The position numbers were made by a program, and so were the translations under genes. A stretch of DNA of 64,000 nt from a virus, in the IMG/VR virus record IMGVR_UViG_3300027756_000004; one strand, written 5' to 3'. The notes below the pieces were generated by a model, which had not been told where the DNA came from, did no database searches, and saw only the letters and a program-made list of their open reading frames with translations. This document shows, in pieces, positions 34,500 to 43,821 of this stretch (within the stretch, counting starts at the first letter, position 1; each line of letters opens with the position of its first letter).

Positions 34500-37400
34500 A
34501 TGGCTAAAAAACAGTTAAAAAATTTTATATTTGAACCAGGTATCGGCAAAGATGATGGGTTATATCCCAATGCCGCTGCATTAATTTTAGCCAACAAATC
34601 ATTTTTACAACAACAGGTTGTAGCGTTTATCAATTATAATATTGCCAACAACATAGCACCCTATGTGGGTTATACCTATGCTTCACAAAAATGTATCAGA
34701 GACGTGGGATATTTTATTGACGCAGTGGTGCATGATATAAGATATGGTGGCAATGTAAAATCACGTCAGGTAGCAGATTATTTTTGGATAGACGGAGAAC
34801 CTCAGATCCGAGGTGATGTGTCTCCTGAGACCACTGGGCAGGCCTATCTACGCAATATCATCAATCAATATATTCTCACTAAGATAGCTGTGTCTCCTAG
34901 TTATGGCAACACAACACCACAAATATTCCCAGCAGGCATTAGCACAGAAAGTGATGGACCAACTGCCAACACTGCATTGTGGAACATTTTCAGCACAGTG
35001 ATCACCAATGGTCCCAGTGCAATACCAGCCAAAGTTCCTGGAGTATCTTCCATTAGACTGGCAGGACAAATTGATGTATCATCCATACTGTTGATTACTG
35101 ATGTGGATACAGGTAATATTCTTTACAGCTTTGCTGATCCTCTCAACACTGTGAGAGTCACTTACAAACAAGGACGCAGCAGCGGTGACGGCAATTTGTT
35201 AAGTGATTTGGATTTTCCTACTTGGTGGCAGGTCAGTGATTCTATCACCACCATAGATTTGAGTGCAGACACCAGCACACTCACAGCTTCAGCTAATATA
35301 CAATTTTTTGTGGAAGAAGCCAGCCAACAAATCAGACCTTGGGAATTTGGCACAGATGCTATAGAACGTATGCGTGTGGCATCACCACAGGCCATGTTAG
35401 ATGCTGACTTTGAATATGGACTGCAGCCAACCAAATGGCAAGCACTGGGACTTTTGAGAATGTATCCTTCCACCTATGAGATACCTGGCAGTGATTTAAC
35501 TGTACTCAGTTGTGTTACTGATGCATCTGTAAACACTGGATTTTTTGGAAGTTCGCTGATCACAGTGACAACCTCAGGTGTACATGGATTTCCTGTAGGG
35601 CAACCTATTTCAGTAAAAGGATTGAACAACACCGTGAACGGATTTGCCAGAGCAGAAGGATCTTTTTTAGTTTACAGTACACCCAGTTCTGTGAGTTTCT
35701 CATATTACGCCAGTGCCAAAGTTGGAACCACTAATGAAGAAAGTTTATTAACTTCTTTCATACAAATACGTCAAGCACAATTTTTCACAGGTGCTTCCAT
35801 AGGTCAGCCCAGCTTTTCAGTGTTCACCAACGGCACAGCACTGGCCATAGTCACAGCGCTGGCAGCCACAGCAGGCGCCACTTCATTTGTTTACACAGGC
35901 TCAGCTCCTACAGTGGGTTCTCCAGTCACAGGACCATCCACAATACCTGTGGGTACCAGCGTGTCAGGCACAGTGGGCGCGGCTTCGGTCACAACCAATG
36001 TTTTATTGAACACTTTAACCACTGACACTCAAATAAGTTTGACTAACTTGTCAGGCATACAAACAGGCATGGCATTGGATGTGGGTGGTACTGCTTCCAC
36101 TATCAACACCATAGCGGGCAGTCAATTATCTTTGAGCAATCAATTGAACGTGGCCTACAAAGGCAGAAATCACACCAACACTGCTGTGTCAGGTACACTG
36201 GTGGCTCCAGCGGGAGAATATGCAAGGTTTGATGTGTCTCGATCCGCTGGCACATACACATTGACATTGTCTGCTGCTGCATCACCCAACGCAATCAATT
36301 ATCAAAAAGGTGATAGATTAAAAATATTAGGCACCAACTTAGGCGGTGCATCTCCTGCCAATGACGTCAACATTTTAGTCACTGCCACAGGCACAGGCAA
36401 TGACATCGATACATTCACATATTCAGGCACTTCAGTGCTGGGTGGTGCTACTTACAACAATGTAAATCAAACTTCTACTACTGGAACACCCGGAGGAACA
36501 GGATTCCAATTGAACGTGACCAGAACAGGCGGCACGGGCACATATTCAATCAGCAGCAGCGTGGCTGGACTAAACTACAGCGCAAGCGAACAATTAACAT
36601 TTTCAGGTGCCAATTTTGGTGGTGCATCTCCTGCCAATAACATTGTTATCATAGTCAACAGCACCACATCTGACGGTGGAGTATTGACATACACTGTCAG
36701 CGGCTCACCTGTGGGCGCATCAGGCAACGCAACTTACAGTTCAGTTTCTGCAGACAATGTTGCACACCTAGGCAGTGGAGCTGAGTTCAATATTACTAGA
36801 AGCAGTGGTGTGTACACTGCTGCAATCAATAATGGTGGCACAGGATATGAAGAAGGCAATCAGATCACAGTATTAGGCACCAATCTCAATGGTGCAATTG
36901 CTAACAACGCCACAGTGATAATCACTGGCGTCGCAGCTGGAGTCATAAATGCGGTCACTGTGTCAGGAACAGGCTACGGAGGTGATTCAATCACTGTTTA
37001 TCCTACGATGTCTATCAGTGAACCCATCACAGGAAACATTCCTTTAGGTACTGCACTGAACGTGGGAGCTATTGCCACTTTCCAAGTAGATTTTCAAGCA
37101 CCACATGGATTAGTGCCAGGAACCACTATATTGAGTCAGGTCACCTCACAACCAGCGCCAGAATTAGCATCAACAGCAAGAACTTTAACAGGTTCAGGAA
37201 CTTGGGCAGTGGTTGGCTTTGGTGGTATATTTTCAGCAGTACGCAGTGGAGCCACTGCAACTCAACGTTCAACCAATGGACAACTTTGGGCGGCGGGTGG
37301 AGTAATGCCGTCAGCAGCCAATTGGAGTTCAGTAGCAGCAGGTAAGATTGGGGCCACAACATATTTTGTGGCAGTGTCCAATGGAAGCACCGCTGCTGCT

Positions 37401-40400
37401 TGGTCAGTCAACAGTGGCACAAGCTGGTCATCAGCCACTCTGCCTAGTGGAGCCAACTGGAGTGCAGTAACTTATGGCGACGGAAAATTTGTGGCAGTGT
37501 CCACTGGCAGCACAGCAGCAGCATACAGTATCGATGGTGGAGCCAACTGGGTGTCTGCTACACTGCCCGCCAGCGCCAACTGGACTGGTGTGTCTGCAGG
37601 ATTAGTAGGAACCTCCATATATTTTATAGCAGTGGCTTCAGGTGGAACCAATGCTGCTTATTCACCAGACGGTGGGGCCACTTGGTTGGCCACAGGAGCA
37701 CTGCCAGCCAGTGCAAACTGGAGTGGAATTGCATACGGTAACAACAGGTTTGTAGCCATCAGTACAGGCAGCGCCAACGCAGCATTTTCTATCAACGGCA
37801 CCACTTGGACTCTTAGCACATTACCTTCAAGCAGCACTTGGAACAACATTATTTACGGTGATGATGTATTTTTAATTGCAGCCAAAAGCACAACAGATGC
37901 ATTAACATCATTCACAGGAGAAACAGGATCCTTCACTCCTAGAATTTTAAGCACATCATCCACTTGGGAATCACTGGCTTTCAGTTACTACACAGGTCAA
38001 GGATTTGGAAGATTCGTTCTAACCAATGAAGCCACTACTGCTTTGGAGATTAATCTAACTTCAGCCAATCACCAACTGGGCACAGGGCCACATGTGATAT
38101 CTGCAGTGCCTAGTGCTGCTTCCATAAGATTCGTGGCTAGAACCACAGGTATTGTGAACACCACTGACAGTTCTGTTACTGGAATAGTTTATGCCAGACC
38201 AGATTCATTTTTTGTACACAGACCTTTTGATGGTGGAGTGCAGTTAGGCACAGGTAATCCTAGTCATGGAGCACAAGCTATTAGACAGAGCAAAAAATAT
38301 ATCAGATATCAATCAGGCAAAGGCATCATGTACACCACTGGAGGATTATTTGCTCCCAGTTACAACTTGTCGGGAGCCACATCTAATGGCACAGCAATAA
38401 ACAGTTTAATCACCTTTGTGACAGATGACACAGACCACGGAGTGCAAGCAGGTGCTGTGGTAGAAACCAACGGCTTTGTAAGTTTTGAATACAATGGTGA
38501 ATTCACTGTGGAGAGTGTGATAGACGCTCGTAGATTCACTGCTAGATCAGCAGTTGTGCTTAGTGTAACCACAGCACAATTGGGCACTGATTGCAAAATG
38601 ATTCTCAAACGTTGGCATGGTAGTTGTGTGCGCATCGGAGCTTTTGATGAGCAAAATGGAATATTCTATCAATATGATGGATATGAAATGGCAGTGGTAC
38701 GCAGAAGCAGCACCAATCAATTGACTGGAGTTGTGGCTTGCAATGTGGACAGCAATTCAGTAGCTGGCACAGGCACAAGATTCCAAGATCAATTAAAAGT
38801 TGGAGATAAAATTGTTATCAGAGGTATGAGTCATTTAGTCACACAGATTAATAGCCAGACACAGATGTTTGTGACTCCAGACTGGCGAGGTGCCAACAAT
38901 ATCACAGGAGCCAGAGTATGTATTACCGAAGAATTATATATTCCTTCAAGTCAATGGAATTTAGACAAATTAGATGGCACAGGACCCAGCGGATATGACA
39001 TATTGCCATGGCGCATGCAGATGTTGGGTATGCAGTATTCATGGTATGCAGCAGGATTTATTGAATGGATGTTGCGAGGCGCTGATGGTAAATTTGTATT
39101 CTTACACAAGATAAGAAATTCCAATACCAACACTGAAGCTTACATGCGTACTGCAAACCTTCCTGTGAGATATGAAGTAGAAAATCGCACAGCAATATCT
39201 AAATTATACACAGCAATCAATGAATCAGTCACCACTGTAGAACTATTTGATGCCACTAGATTTCCAACCAATGGAGTGATTTATGTGGACAATGAATTGA
39301 TATCTTACAATGGAAAATCAGGTCGAACTTTGACAGGTTGTACCAGAGCAGCCACGTTCAGCTCATTCACAGCAGGTATTAACAGGGTTTACTCAGCTGG
39401 ATTTGCTACATCTCATTTAGTTAATGCTGGGGTCACGTTGATCAGTTGCACAGCCACTCCTACCATCAGTCACTGGGGATCAGCGCTGTTGACAGACGGT
39501 ATGTTTGATGAAGACCGAGGATACATTTTTAACTATGCTGCCACAGGTTTGAGTGTGAGCACTGCCAAACAAACAGCGTTCATGATCAGATTGGCTCCTT
39601 CAGTTTCCAACGCACTGGTGGGAGATTTGGGTGAGCGAGATTTATTGAACAGAGCACAATTGCTGTTGAATGAAGTGGCAATTACCACAGACACAGGTTC
39701 AGGCACGGTGGTAATCGAAGGAGTATTGAATCCAAGAAATTATCCTGCCAATCCTTCCAACATCACATGGACTGGCTTGGCCAGTTCTGCAGCAGGAGGG
39801 CAGCCCAGTTTTGCACAGATAGCATTGGGAGGTTCTATTAACTGGGGAGGCATACCAGGCACCACAACCACTGCCACCATACAAGGAGCATTAACTACCA
39901 CCATCAATGCTGTAGGATTCACCACAGTCACACAAAACTTAACAGCCATTGCCAACTCTGGATTTAGAACGCGAGCGTTTCAAACCACCAATAATGATTT
40001 TTTCATCACCAATGCGGCATATGATGCTATCACTGCTACTCCATTAAGAGTAGGGGATAGAATAGTGGTGGGCACTTTTGTCACTGCTGGACAAAGCATA
40101 TCCACCATCACTCGTGCTTATTTGGGATCTGGCTACACCAGAATTGTGATGAGCTCAAACGCCAATGCAACCAGTGCAGTTTCCACCAACGTCACTACAC
40201 CAGTGCAAAACAGTATTTCAATAAATTATGCATCCTCAGTAGTGAACGGTAGACAAGATTTCTTAATTACTGACGCTGAAAACACTGCGCAAAATCTTGC
40301 ACTAGGAGATACATTATCCGCAGCGTCATATATTGTGGTCAGTCAGACCATTGCCAATTTAACTCCTTCTTATGCCAGAGTAAATGGAGTGAATTACACC

Positions 40401-40940
40401 AGAATAGTGATGAATACATCTGCTAATGCCACAATAGCAGTGAACACTAATCTTGCTGTGACTGTGACTGCATCAGGCACTGGAGCCAATTACACAGGTA
40501 ACTTTTTATTCTTTACTCAAGCCAGTTGGAACAACTCAGGAGCTGCCAATGGCACCAGGGTGGCCACTTCATACACTCAATTTCCAGCCAACACTTCTGT
40601 GAGTGCTGTGACCACTAGAAGATTAGGCACAGTGACAACCATTAGAGCCACGTTCACACAAACTTTGACCACATCGGTGTCAGCATCCACTAGTATAACT
40701 TTACAATTTGGTGATCCGCAGTTTGCACTGCCAGGTGAACAGGTGTTTGCGTTCTTGTGTCAACCAGGATCATTGAACACATTAAGTTTAGCTGAATTAA
40801 AAGAATTAACCACCACTGCCATAGGTGGCAGAGGCACATTCCCCAATGGTCCAGACGTGTTGGCTATCAATGTCTACAAGATATCAGGCGGAGCAGTGAA
40901 TGGATCTATTGTGCTACGTTGGGGTGAGGCTCAGGCGTAA
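34500..40940 (+). CDS. Giant (2146 aa) virion structural protein with N-terminal phycobiliprotein-like domain, propeller repeats and probable lectin-like region
   Basis: KCIRDVGYF (Cys codon 34692); LP.SANWS.V.YG..FVA...GST.AA.S..G..W repeats at about 37170-38030; T/S/G-rich; TAAATA 34467-34472. Confidence 0.7.
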   Translation: MAKKQLKNFIFEPGIGKDDGLYPNAAALILANKSFLQQQVVAFINYNIANNIAPYVGYTYASQKCIRDVGYFIDAVVHDIRYGGNVKSRQVADYFWIDGEPQIRGDVSPETTGQAYLRNIINQYILTKIAVSPSYGNTTPQIFPAGISTESDGPTANTALWNIFSTVITNGPSAIPAKVPGVSSIRLAGQIDVSSILLITDVDTGNILYSFADPLNTVRVTYKQGRSSGDGNLLSDLDFPTWWQVSDSITTIDLSADTSTLTASANIQFFVEEASQQIRPWEFGTDAIERMRVASPQAMLDADFEYGLQPTKWQALGLLRMYPSTYEIPGSDLTVLSCVTDASVNTGFFGSSLITVTTSGVHGFPVGQPISVKGLNNTVNGFARAEGSFLVYSTPSSVSFSYYASAKVGTTNEESLLTSFIQIRQAQFFTGASIGQPSFSVFTNGTALAIVTALAATAGATSFVYTGSAPTVGSPVTGPSTIPVGTSVSGTVGAASVTTNVLLNTLTTDTQISLTNLSGIQTGMALDVGGTASTINTIAGSQLSLSNQLNVAYKGRNHTNTAVSGTLVAPAGEYARFDVSRSAGTYTLTLSAAASPNAINYQKGDRLKILGTNLGGASPANDVNILVTATGTGNDIDTFTYSGTSVLGGATYNNVNQTSTTGTPGGTGFQLNVTRTGGTGTYSISSSVAGLNYSASEQLTFSGANFGGASPANNIVIIVNSTTSDGGVLTYTVSGSPVGASGNATYSSVSADNVAHLGSGAEFNITRSSGVYTAAINNGGTGYEEGNQITVLGTNLNGAIANNATVIITGVAAGVINAVTVSGTGYGGDSITVYPTMSISEPITGNIPLGTALNVGAIATFQVDFQAPHGLVPGTTILSQVTSQPAPELASTARTLTGSGTWAVVGFGGIFSAVRSGATATQRSTNGQLWAAGGVMPSAANWSSVAAGKIGATTYFVAVSNGSTAAAWSVNSGTSWSSATLPSGANWSAVTYGDGKFVAVSTGSTAAAYSIDGGANWVSATLPASANWTGVSAGLVGTSIYFIAVASGGTNAAYSPDGGATWLATGALPASANWSGIAYGNNRFVAISTGSANAAFSINGTTWTLSTLPSSSTWNNIIYGDDVFLIAAKSTTDALTSFTGETGSFTPRILSTSSTWESLAFSYYTGQGFGRFVLTNEATTALEINLTSANHQLGTGPHVISAVPSAASIRFVARTTGIVNTTDSSVTGIVYARPDSFFVHRPFDGGVQLGTGNPSHGAQAIRQSKKYIRYQSGKGIMYTTGGLFAPSYNLSGATSNGTAINSLITFVTDDTDHGVQAGAVVETNGFVSFEYNGEFTVESVIDARRFTARSAVVLSVTTAQLGTDCKMILKRWHGSCVRIGAFDEQNGIFYQYDGYEMAVVRRSSTNQLTGVVACNVDSNSVAGTGTRFQDQLKVGDKIVIRGMSHLVTQINSQTQMFVTPDWRGANNITGARVCITEELYIPSSQWNLDKLDGTGPSGYDILPWRMQMLGMQYSWYAAGFIEWMLRGADGKFVFLHKIRNSNTNTEAYMRTANLPVRYEVENRTAISKLYTAINESVTTVELFDATRFPTNGVIYVDNELISYNGKSGRTLTGCTRAATFSSFTAGINRVYSAGFATSHLVNAGVTLISCTATPTISHWGSALLTDGMFDEDRGYIFNYAATGLSVSTAKQTAFMIRLAPSVSNALVGDLGERDLLNRAQLLLNEVAITTDTGSGTVVIEGVLNPRNYPANPSNITWTGLASSAAGGQPSFAQIALGGSINWGGIPGTTTTATIQGALTTTINAVGFTTVTQNLTAIANSGFRTRAFQTTNNDFFITNAAYDAITATPLRVGDRIVVGTFVTAGQSISTITRAYLGSGYTRIVMSSNANATSAVSTNVTTPVQNSISINYASSVVNGRQDFLITDAENTAQNLALGDTLSAASYIVVSQTIANLTPSYARVNGVNYTRIVMNTSANATIAVNTNLAVTVTASGTGANYTGNFLFFTQASWNNSGAANGTRVATSYTQFPANTSVSAVTTRRLGTVTTIRATFTQTLTTSVSASTSITLQFGDPQFALPGEQVFAFLCQPGSLNTLSLAELKELTTTAIGGRGTFPNGPDVLAINVYKISGGAVNGSIVLRWGEAQA

Positions 40941-41319
40941 TAACTTTTTGGCTGTCTCCAGGTACTATCCTATAATTGTCTTCCACACTGTCAGCGGTGC
41001 TAACTTCAGTGATAGAACTGTTGTCTACTAGTGCTTCCAGTTGATGAGGCTGCAATGGTGGATTTCTCCAAACCTGTCCTTCTGACAATTCTTTTTGATA
41101 AATCTTAGCATCTTTGCAGTCTATCCAACGCACTAGAAATTTTCCATTGTTTACAAACCACGACTCATCCTTGATCTTGTGAAAATGCAAAGAACACTTA
41201 TTACCTGCTTTAGTAAACACCATTATTTTACCACAATACAGTTCATTGGTGGCCCATATTAATTCATAGCCCCAACCTTTGTCCACTTTGCCTTCAGGTC
41301 TAGTTACAGTCATGTTCAA
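40906..41319 (-). CDS. Cupin-fold sugar isomerase-like protein
   Basis: KGWG.E..W....YCGK......G...SLHFH..KDE.W.V..G...P...H.L.A......EVST cupin metal motifs. Confidence 0.75.
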   Translation of the reverse strand: MNMTVTRPEGKVDKGWGYELIWATNELYCGKIMVFTKAGNKCSLHFHKIKDESWFVNNGKFLVRWIDCKDAKIYQKELSEGQVWRNPPLQPHQLEALVDNSSITEVSTADSVEDNYRIVPGDSQKVITPEPHPNVAQ

Positions 41320-42127
41320 TGTATTTTTCTATGGTTTTATATTGGATGCTCACATGAGTATTTAAAAGAGTTGTATCGGCACAGGTATAAGTTTGATATT
41401 GATGAGTCAATATTTTAGGCATAGGCACAGTAACAACTTTAGCTTGGTATTTTTTTGCAACAATTTTGGCAATCTCGGCAAAACTTGTGGCTGATCCTGT
41501 GCCAACATTAAAAATTCCACTTACCTTTTTGTTTAACATTTGATGATGTATTTCACACACATCTGACACACAGATAAAATCTCTTAAATAATTTTCACTT
41601 TCTTCAAAAATTGAAATTGTACCTTGTGTTTTAGCTTCATGAATAAATTTTGTAATAGGCGACGCTTGATTTTGTTTGTGTGTTTCCAAAGGTCCATACA
41701 CGTTGAAATATCTAAATCCTTGAATGAGTGCATTAGGATTGTCTTTAATTATTGTATCCACTTCCCTATCAAACAAATATTTGCTCCAAGAATATGCAGA
41801 ATTAGGATTTTTATTGGAAGATTCAGAAAAATCTTTTGTGTTGCCATACACACTGGCTGAACTGGCATATTGCAAAGGAACTCCTGCACTGATACATTTT
41901 TTTAGTAATTTCATACTGAAGTCATAATTCTGCAACATTATTTTTTCTATGTTAGTTTCTGTGGTACTACTGATAGCCCCCAAATGAATTACTTGATTAA
42001 ATCTTATTGTGTCTGGAAAAGTTTTACTATCATATTCATATCCTTCCACAGTGTAACCTTGCTGTGTGAGATACTGCATTAAATTTTGACCTATGAAACC
42101 TTTGTGTCCTGTGATTAATATTTTCAT
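41300..42127 (-). CDS. hldD: ADP-L-glycero-D-manno-heptose 6-epimerase
   Basis: ITG.KGFIG, HLGAISSTTE, NYDFS, YASSASVYG, Y..SKYLFD, GFRYFNVYGP.E.HK..QAS, RDFI.V.D, GIFNVGTG, YQ.YT.AD. Confidence 0.9.
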   Translation of the reverse strand: MKILITGHKGFIGQNLMQYLTQQGYTVEGYEYDSKTFPDTIRFNQVIHLGAISSTTETNIEKIMLQNYDFSMKLLKKCISAGVPLQYASSASVYGNTKDFSESSNKNPNSAYSWSKYLFDREVDTIIKDNPNALIQGFRYFNVYGPLETHKQNQASPITKFIHEAKTQGTISIFEESENYLRDFICVSDVCEIHHQMLNKKVSGIFNVGTGSATSFAEIAKIVAKKYQAKVVTVPMPKILTHQYQTYTCADTTLLNTHVSIQYKTIEKYIEHDCN

Positions 42128-43374
42128 GATTGTAATTTATCTATGATATTAGTGGTGGAAAATCCTTCCACTGTGGGAAATATGATCACTTGTGCTAGTT
42201 CATTGCCCACTGTGGTGGACACTGTGTAATCTCCACCCTTGACAATGATATCTGGTTTAATTTGTTCTATGATTGTTTGTGGAGTGTCTTCTGCAAATAT
42301 AACTACTTCGTCTACCCAAGGCAACATTTCTAATTGACGTTTTCTCACTATAATATCATTTATTGGTCTGCCTTCTCCTTTGAGTCTACTCACACTAGCA
42401 TCATCGTTAATGCCTACTATTAATTTTTTACCTTGATTCCTAGCAAATTTCAATAACTCTAAATGTCCTGTGTGCAATATATCAAACACTCCATTGGTCC
42501 ATACCACTCCTTTGTTTAAATCTTCTTTGCTAACAGATACTACTCCAAATTTTTCCACGTTGCGTGCAGCAGCATAACAAGCCAATTCGCAAGCACGTGG
42601 CACTGTCATACCTTGTTTTATTCCATATGCTATCACAGCCAGCACTGTGTCACCTGCTCCGGTAACATCTGCAACTTCTCTCACTGGTTCCTGCACGTGT
42701 GTATAAAATCCTTCTTTGGAAACTGTGTGAATGCCTTTGACTCCATCAGTGATGACCAACCATTGCCAGTTGTGTGTTTGGGCAAATTTTACAGCTGAAT
42801 CTTTATCAAACTGGCCATTCCACTGCTCATATTCTTTCATGTTGGGTTTTACTAAAAATGCTCCGTGATAGTAGTCTGCACTTTGTTTAGGATCCACCAA
42901 CACCCATTGAGTTTTTTCTAAAATATGTTTTACAGTGTGTGGTTTAATTACACCTTTGGCATAATCACTCACTAAAACCATACTTTTATCTGTGAGTGAA
43001 AATAACAACTGTGATAAGCAACTGTCTTTGGTGTATGTTTTTTCTTTGTCCCAACGCAATATGTGTTGTCCTCTTTGTTCCACCAATCTAATTTTTGTGG
43101 TGGTAATTGCAGCATCTTCAGCTAAGGAAAGAAACACATTAGTGTTTTTTAAAATGTTTGTTAAACCATATCCGTCTGTATCTTTGCCCACTGCTCCAAA
43201 CAATTGCACATCATCATATATTGATGACAAATTCACTGCCAAGTTAGCAGCGCCTCCTGGTGAAATCTTCTGTGATTGTTCCAACAGTATAGGAATAGGC
43301 GCTTCTGGCGACATGCGATCAGCAGTACCAATGATCCAACGATCCAGCATTATGTCACCAAGTATTTTGATCAT
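42124..43374 (-). CDS. hldE: Bifunctional heptose-7-phosphate kinase / heptose-1-phosphate adenylyltransferase
   Basis: PfkB kinase domain (GDIMLD...RMSPEAP.P, PGGAAN.A.N, SDYAKG, DVTGAGDTV) plus adenylyltransferase domain (TNGVFDILH.GH, RLKG.GRP.N, F.EDTP, KGGDY, GFSTT). Confidence 0.93.
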   Translation of the reverse strand: MIKILGDIMLDRWIIGTADRMSPEAPIPILLEQSQKISPGGAANLAVNLSSIYDDVQLFGAVGKDTDGYGLTNILKNTNVFLSLAEDAAITTTKIRLVEQRGQHILRWDKEKTYTKDSCLSQLLFSLTDKSMVLVSDYAKGVIKPHTVKHILEKTQWVLVDPKQSADYYHGAFLVKPNMKEYEQWNGQFDKDSAVKFAQTHNWQWLVITDGVKGIHTVSKEGFYTHVQEPVREVADVTGAGDTVLAVIAYGIKQGMTVPRACELACYAAARNVEKFGVVSVSKEDLNKGVVWTNGVFDILHTGHLELLKFARNQGKKLIVGINDDASVSRLKGEGRPINDIIVRKRQLEMLPWVDEVVIFAEDTPQTIIEQIKPDIIVKGGDYTVSTTVGNELAQVIIFPTVEGFSTTNIIDKLQS

Positions 43375-43808
43375 TATAGGAATTTTAACATCTTAAAAAC
43401 TGTTTCCAGTTTTAATTGATTGGTTCTGTTTTGTAGTGTGTTTCTTAATCCTTGATGCAAGGGTTTGGGCCATTTGCCAAATTGTACCCAAGCATATCCA
43501 TCGTGCTCTTGATTGAGTTTGGGTAAAAATTCATTTTTGACCACGCACAAATATGTGTGATAAAGAAAATTTTCATCGTTGCTGACAAACGTTTCTAAAG
43601 GAATAGTTTTGAGTATTGAAACTGCTCCTATTTCTTCGCTGATTTCTCTTTTGAGAGACTCCCAAGGAGTTTCAGCTTCAGTATTGGTGCCACCCACCAG
43701 TCCCCACACATTTGACTGTTTGCTTTGTGTTCTATGAAGGAATAGGAATCTTTGTGTGTCTAAATTATAGAATAAGGCTCCGCAGCCAATTACTTTTTTA
43801 TTGGTCAT
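43374..43808 (-). CDS. NUDIX hydrolase
   Basis: Nudix box GGTNTEAETPWESLKREISEEIG. Probable start MTNKK at 43808; its stop overlaps the hldE start (TAATG). Confidence 0.85.
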   Translation of the reverse strand: MTNKKVIGCGALFYNLDTQRFLFLHRTQSKQSNVWGLVGGTNTEAETPWESLKREISEEIGAVSILKTIPLETFVSNDENFLYHTYLCVVKNEFLPKLNQEHDGYAWVQFGKWPKPLHQGLRNTLQNRTNQLKLETVFKMLKFL

Positions 43809-43821
43809 GTAAATAATTATG

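Noticed and set aside
1242-40000. Many short minus-strand and alternate-frame ORFs within the fibre genes
   Set aside because: They are shadows of long, G/T/A/N-biased plus-strand genes, with no RBS, promoter or recognisable motif.
29575-43374. Bacterial LPS island or host contamination
   Set aside because: These genes are embedded in or coupled to phage structural operons, share the phage promoter motif (heptose operon), and show no integrase or bacterial flanks.
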